Of a stretch of DNA of 64,000 bases, positions 38,943-46,642 are shown in pieces. A program made the position numbers and the translations under genes. Origin of the DNA: a bacterium BMS3Abin01. Lineage in GTDB: Bacteria; Actinomycetota; Thermoleophilia; BMS3ABIN01. The notes beneath the pieces were generated by a model that ran no database searches, was not told the DNA's origin, and worked only from the letters and a program-made list of their open reading frames with translations. The number at the start of each line of letters is the position of its first letter. Within the stretch, counting starts at the first letter, position 1. Where the stretch lies: assembly GCA_002897715.1 (NCBI GenBank), contig BDUA01000045.1, positions 8,495 to 72,494 on the forward strand, given 5' to 3'.

Positions 38943-41339
38943 TCAGGAAGCCTTGGCCTGGGAGGGCTGGAGTACGGCGATGAAGGCGGCGACCACGTCG
39001 GGGTCGAACTGGGTCCCCGCGCCCAGCTGCAACTCAGTCAGCGCCTGCCCGACTGTCATCGCCTTGCGATAGGGACGATCGGCGGTCATCGCCTGGAAGG
39101 CGTCGGCTACGGCGATGATGCGGGCGCCTTTTGGTATATTGTTCCCGGAAAGACCGTCCGGATATCCGGCACCGTCGTAATGCTCGTGGTGATGGCGCAC
39201 CACCGGCAGGAAGCTCTCCAGGCTGCTGATATGCTTGAGGATGGCCTCGCTGACCTCCGGATGCTCCTTGATACGGCGCCATTCCTCCGCGGTAAGGCTG
39301 CCGCGTTTGTTGATTATCTCTTCGGGGATACCGACCAGACCCACGTCGTGCAGCAACCCGGCTACCCGGATGCGATGTATATCCTCCTCATCCATCTTCA
39401 TGCTGGCGGCGATGCTGGAGGCCAGCCGCGCCACCGATTCGGCGTGTTGCGGTTCGTGGGTGGCGCTCTCGTCCACCGACGCCGCCATGACCTGGACCGC
39501 CGCCAGGTGCAGCTCTTCGCGAACCAGGTCCTCCAGCGAGGTCCGTTCATAAGCACCGGACTCCTCGTGGAACAGGGTCACGCGATTTCCCCCCTGCCTC
39601 TTGCTGAAATACATGGACCAGTCGGCCTTATCCACCAGTTCGTTGGCCTGCTGGCCGTCGTTGGGGTAGCCGGCAAGCCCCACGCTGGCGGTCAACATCG
39701 AGCTGGCCTTGGAGCGGGACTCAAAGGAGAAACCGGCGATGCGGCGCCGGATGCGATGGGCGATTATCTGGGCGCCGGAGCTGTCCGTCTCCGGCAGGAT
39801 AAGGGCGAACTCCTCACCACCGTACCGGGCGGCGATATCGATGGCCCGCTTGGACTCGGTGATGAGGCGCGACACCTCCCTCAGCGCCATATCGCCCAGA
39901 GCGTGGCCGTTGATATCGTTGAAACTCTTGAACCGGTCCAGGTCGCAGAAGATGACCGATACCGGCTTCTGGTTGCGTGATGAACGCTCCATCTCCTCCT
40001 CGAGGCGCGAGTAGAAGAAGCGCTGATTATAGAGGCCGGTGAGACCGTCGGTCACCGCCTCTTCCTGGCTGCGCTCCAGCATCTGCGCGTTCTGGATGGC
40101 GATAGCCGCCTGGTTGGAGAGTATGGTCAGAACCGACAGTTCGTCGCGGCCATAGGCCTCCACCTCCTTGCTGTAAACATAGAACACCCCGAGCCGTTTC
40201 TTGCGTACCTTTAGCGGCAGGCAGATAAAGGCCCTGATACCCTCGCGCCGGGCCAGGTCGCTGAGACGGTGCCTGGCATCCAGATCGTCGCTGAAGACCG
40301 CCGAGTCTCCCAGCAGGCACTCGTCGGCCAGCCCTCCCTCGCGAAACTGCATCCTGCTGACGAACTCGTCGCTGAGGCCCTTGGTATAGGTGTCGGCGAA
40401 CGCCTGTTTCTCCTCGTCATACAGCACCACCGCCGCCGCCTGGGATTCGGTCAGGGCCAGCCCCTTGTCCATAACGGTATCGATCACCTGCTCCCAGTTC
40501 AGCTCGGAGCTGATGGCCAGGGCGATATCGGACAGGCTGTTGAGCTGTTCGATCTCATGCTGAACGGCGTCGGCCATGCGGTTGAAGGCATGGCCCAGTT
40601 CCGCTATCTCATCATGGGTATTGACCTGGACGCGCCGCTCCAGGTCGCCCGCCACCATGGCCGCCGCCGCGTCCTTCAGCTCCTGCACCGGCCGTGACAA
40701 CCGCCGGGCCGCGGTAATGGTGATCAGCAGACTGAGGCTGAGCCCGAGCAGGGCCGTAAACAGGAAATAGCTGCGAAGCCCGCTCGATGCTTTCTCCACT
40801 TCGGCCTGAGCCTGCTGGTTGCGGTTATTGAAGCTGGCTGCCAGCACGGCGTTATAGTTGCTGATGGCGTTCCGCTGTTCATCCGCCTGTTTTTCCTTCT
40901 CGATGGCGCCGTCCGGATCGCCGGCCCGCATCTCCGGGACGACACTGTTGATAAACAGGTCGTCGAACCGGTTGGCTGCTACCTCCATCCGCGCCAGCAG
41001 CTCCTGTTCCTGCGCGGTCTCCGCGTGAGCATTTGCTTCGGAGAGGGCGCCCTGGCGGAGGGAGCGCGCCTCGAGGAAGTCCGCCACTTTGCTCAGGTCG
41101 TTCTCCACGATAAGCTCATACTGGTCCTGTACCTGATCGGCCAGAGCCAGCTCCGACTGCTGCAGATGCTGAACCGCTTCCGATCTTTGCAATGCCTTGT
41201 CCGAAGCGCTCCTCAGGTCGGCTGCTTCATGGGAGATGATAAAACCGAGGGTGGCGAATATGGCGACTACGGCAATAAAGCCGGCCACCATCTTGGTGCT
41301 AAGCTTGCTGAAAAAGGGGTTGCCCCAGATTTTACCCAT
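38943..41339 (-). CDS. membrane sensor with HAMP-GAF-GGDEF-HD-GYP domains (c-di-GMP synthase/phosphodiesterase hybrid)
   Basis: An N-terminal helix, a periplasmic coiled region and a second TM helix are followed by a HAMP domain (RRLSRPVQELKDAAAAMVAGDLERR) and a GAF-like region. The GGDEF domain has RYGGEEF with RAID five residues upstream (I-site). The HD-GYP domain has LLHDVGLVGIP and HHEHYDGAGYPDGL. Confidence 0.85.
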   Translation of the reverse strand: MGKIWGNPFFSKLSTKMVAGFIAVVAIFATLGFIISHEAADLRSASDKALQRSEAVQHLQQSELALADQVQDQYELIVENDLSKVADFLEARSLRQGALSEANAHAETAQEQELLARMEVAANRFDDLFINSVVPEMRAGDPDGAIEKEKQADEQRNAISNYNAVLAASFNNRNQQAQAEVEKASSGLRSYFLFTALLGLSLSLLITITAARRLSRPVQELKDAAAAMVAGDLERRVQVNTHDEIAELGHAFNRMADAVQHEIEQLNSLSDIALAISSELNWEQVIDTVMDKGLALTESQAAAVVLYDEEKQAFADTYTKGLSDEFVSRMQFREGGLADECLLGDSAVFSDDLDARHRLSDLARREGIRAFICLPLKVRKKRLGVFYVYSKEVEAYGRDELSVLTILSNQAAIAIQNAQMLERSQEEAVTDGLTGLYNQRFFYSRLEEEMERSSRNQKPVSVIFCDLDRFKSFNDINGHALGDMALREVSRLITESKRAIDIAARYGGEEFALILPETDSSGAQIIAHRIRRRIAGFSFESRSKASSMLTASVGLAGYPNDGQQANELVDKADWSMYFSKRQGGNRVTLFHEESGAYERTSLEDLVREELHLAAVQVMAASVDESATHEPQHAESVARLASSIAASMKMDEEDIHRIRVAGLLHDVGLVGIPEEIINKRGSLTAEEWRRIKEHPEVSEAILKHISSLESFLPVVRHHHEHYDGAGYPDGLSGNNIPKGARIIAVADAFQAMTADRPYRKAMTVGQALTELQLGAGTQFDPDVVAAFIAVLQPSQAKAS

Positions 41340-41493
41340 TCGCCCTCGCGCCCCTTGTAGTTTCCCGCCCCATGGGTGATGTATGAGCTCCGCATGGCAC
41401 GGAATACCATGATCTCAGAATGCTTCTAAGGGACTAGTCGGCATCGGTCGGCATTAGTTTAGGTAGTCCGGCCCCCGTGCCTGCTGCGCCCGT

Positions 41494-42027
41494 TTATTCT
41501 ACGCGAGCGCCCAGGATGTCACGCATATGGTCGAGAGCGAAACGGTTTATCTGCTCCGCGTCGTGTCCGGGTGCGTCATAGGTTTCGACACAGTCGCCGG
41601 GCACGGTCACCCGGTAACCGCGGTTGCGCAGGCCGGCAACTGTATACATCACGCAGATATCGGTGCACACGCCGACCACCAGGACTTCATCCGGGTTTAT
41701 CCGTCCCAGCTCCTGTTCCAGGCCGGTTTCGTAGAAGCCTGAATAGCGGCTCTTGGTTATGAGCGCCGCCCCCTCCAGGAATGGCTGGAGCTCATCCACG
41801 ACTTCCTCCTCTCCCGAGCCGGCGATACAGTGGGGCGGAAACGTCCGGAATTCGGGGTCATCGGGAACATGGGTATCAGCCAGGAATATGAGACTGGAGC
41901 CGGCGTCGGTCTCGCGCTCCAGCAGCTCTTTGACAGGGGGGATGACCTTTGCCAGTCGGGGACTGGCCAGGTTCCCCGACCTGCAGAAACCGTTGAGGAT
42001 GTCCACTACGATCACGGCGCGGGACAT
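41494..42027 (-). CDS. pncA: nicotinamidase / isochorismatase-family hydrolase
   Basis: RBS GAGGTGA. MSRAVIVVDILNGF, DTHVPDDPEF and the catalytic-Cys motif VVGVCTDICV. Confidence 0.8.
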   Translation of the reverse strand: MSRAVIVVDILNGFCRSGNLASPRLAKVIPPVKELLERETDAGSSLIFLADTHVPDDPEFRTFPPHCIAGSGEEEVVDELQPFLEGAALITKSRYSGFYETGLEQELGRINPDEVLVVGVCTDICVMYTVAGLRNRGYRVTVPGDCVETYDAPGHDAEQINRFALDHMRDILGARVE

Positions 42028-42046
42028 GCAAATCACCTCGTATCTG

Positions 42047-43129
42047 TTAACCGACCGTTTCCAGCCGCTGGTTGGGCCTCAACCAGCGTCCCACCTTGGC
42101 GCATGGCTTCCCATCGACCATTACCACGTCGGCGGTAAAATCATTCTGGCCCCGGAGCAGGCTGCTGCCTACTCCGTAAGCGTCAACCGGCGCCCCGGCC
42201 TGTTCAAACCTGGCGATCTTGCCGGCATCGAAGCCGGCGCTGACCACTATGCTCACCTGGTCATATCGTTCCCGGTCCAACGCTTCCCTCACCTTGAATA
42301 CCAGTTCCGGTTGGACCCCGGTAGGCTGGAAATAGCCCATATCCTGCTGCAGGCTGCAATCCACCAGGCTGGCGGCGGTATCCAGACGCACACCCCAGAG
42401 CCTGTCTTTCAGCTGCCGCGCCACGGCAAGCGATGTCCCCACGCAATCATTGTGGAAGTCCACCAGCGCTATCACCCTGACCCGGGGGTGGAAGGTGTCG
42501 GCGAAGGCCCGGGTGGCCCGTACCGTGTCGCCGCCGTAGGCGGCTATCAGGCTGTGGGGGATGGTGCCCATGCCCTTGGCGCCCCACAGGTCGCCCTGGG
42601 CGTCGGTGGATACGTCGCTGACCCCTCCCAGGCGGGCGACGTTGCCGTCCACCCGCTGCACGCTGTAATGATCGTGGCGGGCGCCGAAGAAAAGTATGGG
42701 TTTGCCGGCGGCGGCGGCCGCGGCCCGGTGTACGTTGCTGGCGATGAGGGTACCACGCGCCAGAGAGCCCAGGTAGACCGTCTCCAGATGAGCGAACAGG
42801 GAATAATCCCCCTCGATGGTCATTACCGTTTCGCAAGGGGAGATGCTGTCACCGTCACCGAGAGCCCGCACCTCCAGCCGGTCCCGGCCCGTATCCCAGC
42901 CATCACCGCTGTCGCGGCCGCTGCAAAGCTCCAGTACGGCCAGCGCTTCGTCCATCCCCCCCAGCACCGCTTCATTCCGCTGAAACACCTGCATCACCAC
43001 CTGCGGATGCTCGCCGGCGGCTTCCAGTATCTGTTTGGTGCGGTTGAAGTAGGCGTCGGTGTAAAAGCCCCGGCGGATGTCATCCACCGGCAGCTGGAAC
43101 GAGCCCGCATCCAGTCGCTTACCGGCCAC
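42047..43129 (-). CDS. pncB: nicotinate phosphoribosyltransferase
   Basis: 360 aa. FYTDAYFNRTKQIL is the N-terminal motif, followed by GTIPHSLIAAYGGD and VRLDTAAS. It lies directly upstream of pncA on the same strand. Confidence 0.8.
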   Translation of the reverse strand: MAGKRLDAGSFQLPVDDIRRGFYTDAYFNRTKQILEAAGEHPQVVMQVFQRNEAVLGGMDEALAVLELCSGRDSGDGWDTGRDRLEVRALGDGDSISPCETVMTIEGDYSLFAHLETVYLGSLARGTLIASNVHRAAAAAAGKPILFFGARHDHYSVQRVDGNVARLGGVSDVSTDAQGDLWGAKGMGTIPHSLIAAYGGDTVRATRAFADTFHPRVRVIALVDFHNDCVGTSLAVARQLKDRLWGVRLDTAASLVDCSLQQDMGYFQPTGVQPELVFKVREALDRERYDQVSIVVSAGFDAGKIARFEQAGAPVDAYGVGSSLLRGQNDFTADVVMVDGKPCAKVGRWLRPNQRLETVG

Positions 43130-43132
43130 GGC

Positions 43133-43975
43133 TCAACCCTGTGGATAGGAACCCAGCATCTTCACCGAGGCCAGTTTGCTCCGGAGGGATTCCAGGGCGC
43201 CGGCGATAGCCTTATCATCCTTCTTTCCCTCCATATCGATGAAGAATATATAGTCTCCCAGACCCTTTTTCGAGGGACGCGATTCCAGTTTGGTCAGATT
43301 GATGTCACGATCGGCGAACTCCTGCAGGATCTGCAGCAGGCTTCCCGGCTGATCGTGAGCGATGGCGCAGACGATAGAGGTCTTGTATGGCCGGTCCAGG
43401 TTCTGGGGGGCCTCGTCCGTGGCCAGCATGACGAACCGCGTCTGGTTATCGGCATGGTCCTCGATGTCGTCGCTCAACACTACGCAGCCGTAGTTCTCCG
43501 CCGCCAGCCTGCTGCCGATAGCGGCCCAGCACTTCTCCGACCCACTGACGATCTTTACCGCCTCGGCGGTGCTGTTGGCGGCTTCAGTCTCCGCCCGGGG
43601 CAGGCGGTCGCGCACGAACCGGCGGCACTGCGCGTGGGCATGGGGGTGGCTGATGATCTTCTCGACGCTGCCCAGCGGTAAAGCGGTGCGCGCGATCAGA
43701 CAGTGCCGAACGGGATGGACTATCTCCCGGCTGATGAGGATATTCTCCACTTCGAAGGCCAGCATGTCCAGGGTCGCGCTCACCGACCCCTCGAGTGAGT
43801 TCTCTATGGGAACGATGCCCTCGTCCATTTCGCCGCGGGATACGGCGGCTATGACATCGTAGACCGAGGGATAGGGCCTGGTTTCGCCCGGCGCCAGCGG
43901 GACGTTGGCATGAAGCGCCTCTTCCGCCCAGGTGCCCGCCGGCCCCAGAAAACCTATCTTTCGCTGCTCAGACAC
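43133..43975 (-). CDS. pheA: prephenate dehydratase
   Basis: IGFLGPAGTWAEEA, the TRF motif (NQTRFVML) and the C-terminal ACT domain (GSLLQILQEFADRDINLTKLESRP). Confidence 0.9.
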   Translation of the reverse strand: MSEQRKIGFLGPAGTWAEEALHANVPLAPGETRPYPSVYDVIAAVSRGEMDEGIVPIENSLEGSVSATLDMLAFEVENILISREIVHPVRHCLIARTALPLGSVEKIISHPHAHAQCRRFVRDRLPRAETEAANSTAEAVKIVSGSEKCWAAIGSRLAAENYGCVVLSDDIEDHADNQTRFVMLATDEAPQNLDRPYKTSIVCAIAHDQPGSLLQILQEFADRDINLTKLESRPSKKGLGDYIFFIDMEGKKDDKAIAGALESLRSKLASVKMLGSYPQG

Positions 43976-44498
43976 CGCCGCCCACGACCTCCCTGCTGTC
44001 CTTCCCGGTCCGTAACCCCATCGCTTCCTTGAGTACCTGGATCTCCTCCGGTGACAGTTTCTCCAGGCTCTCGCCGTGGCGCACTTCTTTCACGTAGATC
44101 CGCGCGTGGTCACGGGACTGGATGGCGCTGATGATGACGCCGGAGAGCTGCGCGTCCAGCAGGGCCACGGATGTGCTCTGCATGCCGCTGAGGTCGCGAT
44201 AGGCATCGTAGCGGACCACGCTGCGGAAGGTGAGACAGGCGCCCAGGCGGCGCTCCGTATTCTTCAGCTCCTCCTTCAGGCAGTTGAAATCCTGGTTGAT
44301 ACCATCTACCCGCTGTTGCAGCGCCCGGGCATGGGCCACCAGGTCCCGCTGCCGCCCCTCGCCCATCACCAGCTTCTGGTCACGGCGATACAACCTGAGG
44401 GTCCTGAGCAGGTAAGCCCCCAACAGAAGCGCCAGCAGGCCCAGAGCGATGGCAACGGCCCAGGCCAGCGCCAGGTGATTTTCGATGAAAGCGTTTAT
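43968..44498 (-). CDS. DUF4446-family membrane-anchored protein (start codon uncertain)
   Basis: VVRYDAYRDLSGMQSTSVALLDAQLSGVIISAIQSRDHARIYVKEV is the DUF4446 core. The expected N-terminal TM helix (LALAWAVAIALGLLALLLGAYLL) lies upstream of the first TTG (44423). Its only plausible initiator is an ATA at 44496-44498, which has GGAGG 6 nt upstream. Confidence 0.55.
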   Translation of the reverse strand: MNAFIENHLALAWAVAIALGLLALLLGAYLLRTLRLYRRDQKLVMGEGRQRDLVAHARALQQRVDGINQDFNCLKEELKNTERRLGACLTFRSVVRYDAYRDLSGMQSTSVALLDAQLSGVIISAIQSRDHARIYVKEVRHGESLEKLSPEEIQVLKEAMGLRTGKDSREVVGGGV

Positions 44499-44519
44499 CT
44501 GCCGCCTCCGGCGCTAACC

Positions 44520-45626
44520 CTAACTAAAGATGATTGTGTATTCGCCTGTATTGTTCTGCGTATTGGCTTCGCCGGGCACCGGGCCCACTTCGACCCGTAG
44601 CAGTGCCGGCTGGTTGCTGGCTTCGGCGGCCAGGCCCGTGAGTTCGATGGTCTTGAATTCCCCGGGAGCGATGGTATCGGCATAGCCATCTACCTTCTGC
44701 GGCGTCGGCTGGCCGGGAGAGGTGAGGCTCAGGCTCACCAGCACATCGTTCTCGGTCGCCTCACCCTGGTTTTCAATCTCGACCTCGAAGGTGAGGGAGT
44801 CCGAGGCCTTGAGACTGTTCTCACCGTCGGCGGACAGGGTCATGCCGCTGGGCGACGCCTTGACGCTGCTGATTGCCACCCCATGCAGCCCGGAGACCTG
44901 TTCGGTGCCACCCTTCAACCTCTCCAGTATCGTAACCGCCGACTGCTGGCTGGCCAGGGCTGGATCGGCCAGGAACTTGGACTGGGGCACCTTGATGTCG
45001 GTGATATCCTCTCCCTTCAACTTCTCCTGACAGGGGCGATAGAAGAATTCATCGTAGATAACATCGCTGGACAGGAATATCAGCATCTCGTGGGAGACCT
45101 GCGCGGCGCCGATCTGGTTATCGGTGGCCTCGATGGCGTTGAGCATTGCGGGCTGCAGCCCGTTGAGACCGCGTGAGCGTACCTGCATGCTGGCTACGAA
45201 CCACTCGTTCTCCTGTTTGAACTTGTCCGGAGGTTCGATGGCCTTGGCCTGCTCCACCAGCTGGTCCTGTTTCTGCTGAAACTCCGCCAGCTTCCCCTCC
45301 AGGGCCTGGCGTACGTTCTCATCAGGTTTCTGCATCATATCGGACAGCTCCTTGCCGATGGCGTCCGACTCCACGACCACCGCGCCGACCTGGTCGAAAT
45401 ATTCCCGGTATGCGTTGACTTTCTTCTTGTTGAGGCAACTCTTGATACCCAGGCTGGTTATAAGTACCAGCACGATGACGGCCACCAGGATCAGCAGAAC
45501 ACGTACCAGCGGTGACTGGCCCGAGGGACCCCGCGAACGCGTCCTGCTCCTTGCCTCGGTAACTTCCTCTAGCTGCTGCTCTTCATCATCCTCAAAGAAA
45601 GACACCTGGTTCTTCCTTTCATGCAA
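44520..45626 (-). CDS. membrane-anchored protein with C-terminal CARDB-like Ig-fold domain
   Basis: An acidic/basic cytoplasmic head is followed by a TM helix (LVRVLLILVAVIVLVLITSLGI). The C-terminal LTFEVEIENQGEATENDVLVSLSL...IAPGEFKTIEL resembles CARDB. Confidence 0.5.
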   Translation of the reverse strand: MHERKNQVSFFEDDEEQQLEEVTEARSRTRSRGPSGQSPLVRVLLILVAVIVLVLITSLGIKSCLNKKKVNAYREYFDQVGAVVVESDAIGKELSDMMQKPDENVRQALEGKLAEFQQKQDQLVEQAKAIEPPDKFKQENEWFVASMQVRSRGLNGLQPAMLNAIEATDNQIGAAQVSHEMLIFLSSDVIYDEFFYRPCQEKLKGEDITDIKVPQSKFLADPALASQQSAVTILERLKGGTEQVSGLHGVAISSVKASPSGMTLSADGENSLKASDSLTFEVEIENQGEATENDVLVSLSLTSPGQPTPQKVDGYADTIAPGEFKTIELTGLAAEASNQPALLRVEVGPVPGEANTQNNTGEYTIIFS

Positions 45627-45647
45627 ACTGCCGTTTTAGCCAGACCT

Positions 45648-45734
45648 TGGTGGGCGAGGGGGGAGTTGAACCCCCATGCTCGCAAGAGCACTAGACCCTG
45701 AACCTAGCGTGTCTACCAGTTCCACCACTCGCCC
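45648..45734 (-). tRNA. tRNA-Leu (anticodon CAG), CCA encoded
   Basis: The minus strand reads GGGCGAGUGGUGGAACUGGUAGACACGCUAGGUUCAGGGUCUAGUGCUCUUGCGAGCAUGGGGGUUCAACUCCCCCCUCGCCCACCA. It has a 7-bp acceptor stem, a Leu-type D arm, anticodon loop UUCAGGG, a long variable arm and a GGUUCAA T loop. Confidence 0.95.
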
Positions 45735-45833
45735 GGAATGACAGGCGAAAGAAAAGGCGGCCTGCCTCCGTGATAAGAACCCCTGCTCACAGTGTTTTTC
45801 CGCAGTTATGCCGCCTTCTTTCAAAGCGCCTGT

Positions 45834-45859
45834 ATTATAACACAGGCAAAAGTTATCAA
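45834..45859 (-). promoter_or_regulatory. possible extended -10 promoter for tRNA-Leu
   Basis: The minus strand reads TTGATA-14 nt-TATAAT, with TGT immediately 5' of the -10 box (TGnTATAAT). It lies about 100 nt upstream of the tRNA 5' end. The spacer is too short for a canonical -35. Confidence 0.35.
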
Positions 45860-45878
45860 AGCAAGGCTGGCGCGGGTC

Positions 45879-46439
45879 TTAGTCGGTACCGATATCGTCT
45901 TTATTCTCGTCAGCGATGCGCTGTGCCTCCGCCTCCGCCGCCTGGACCTGCTGGTTCAACTCCAGAACCTGCTCCTGGAGCGCGTTGACCTGCTCCAGCG
46001 TCTCCGGTCTTTCCAGGCCCGGGTCCGCCTGCAGCAACGCGGTAAGCTCACGGCTGGCATTCATCATGTTGACGCCGCCCTCCATCACCTTGCTTTTCGC
46101 CTCCAGATATTGGCGGAAGGCATCGCTTATATCCAGTGACGCTGCTTCGTCGACCTTGGATTTGGCGCTTTCCAGGTCGGCGATGGTCTGGTCGATGAGC
46201 ACCTGTGCCTGGTCGAGGCTGGCCTTTTCCTCCTCTATATTGCCATCCGTGAGCTGGTCCGAGGCCTGTTGCAACAGCTTGCCTATCTCAGTCATCCTGT
46301 CCTGAGCCGTACCGGCGAGATCGCCGGCCTCCCTCACCAGGGAATTGGCCTGCTTGGTATCCGACCCGCACCCGGCCAGCACGGTTGACATTGCGACAAT
46401 CACGATAGCCGCGCCCAGTATTAATCCCTTGCCTTTCAT
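45879..46439 (-). CDS. coiled-coil lipoprotein, function unknown
   Basis: RBS GGGAGGA. MKGKGLILGAAIVIVAMSTVLAGCGSD contains a lipobox. The rest is a Q/E/A/L-rich helical sequence. Confidence 0.6.
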   Translation of the reverse strand: MKGKGLILGAAIVIVAMSTVLAGCGSDTKQANSLVREAGDLAGTAQDRMTEIGKLLQQASDQLTDGNIEEEKASLDQAQVLIDQTIADLESAKSKVDEAASLDISDAFRQYLEAKSKVMEGGVNMMNASRELTALLQADPGLERPETLEQVNALQEQVLELNQQVQAAEAEAQRIADENKDDIGTD

Positions 46440-46482
46440 GTTCCTCCCATTCACAGGGTTGCATGTCCAGACTAATCCGCCC

Positions 46483-46500
46483 GGCCGGAGCCGGCCGCTG
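46483..46500. repeat. 18-bp direct repeat copy 1 (GGCCGGAGCCGGCCGCTG), containing the GGCCGG-AG-CCGGCC palindrome
   Basis: An exact second copy lies at 46549-46566. Both sit in the divergent intergenic region between the lipoprotein and kinase genes. Confidence 0.8.
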
Positions 46501-46548
46501 AAAATCCTAGTAAGATTAGCGGATAGTCGCGCTGATGCCAAGCTTCCG

Positions 46549-46566
46549 GGCCGGAGCCGGCCGCTG
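46549..46566. repeat. 18-bp direct repeat copy 2
   Basis: Identical to 46483-46500. Confidence 0.8.
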
Positions 46567-46642
46567 GAGGAATCATACCGGCAGCGCAGAAAAGGTTCAC
46601 GACCGCTCCAGCCGGGAGACCTCACCATTGGATACGCTGACC

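Noticed and set aside
41340-41493. GTCGGCAT-C-GGTCGGCAT mini-repeat and surrounding spacer, considered as a regulatory element or small gene
   Set aside because: It is a very short imperfect repeat with no palindrome and no ORF with an RBS. The evidence is insufficient.
41753-43681. 642-aa ORF on the plus strand
   Set aside because: It runs antisense to three well-supported genes (pncA, pncB and pheA). Its sequence is Gly/Ala/Arg/Pro-rich and low in complexity, with no recognisable motif. This is a typical shadow ORF of a high-GC genome.
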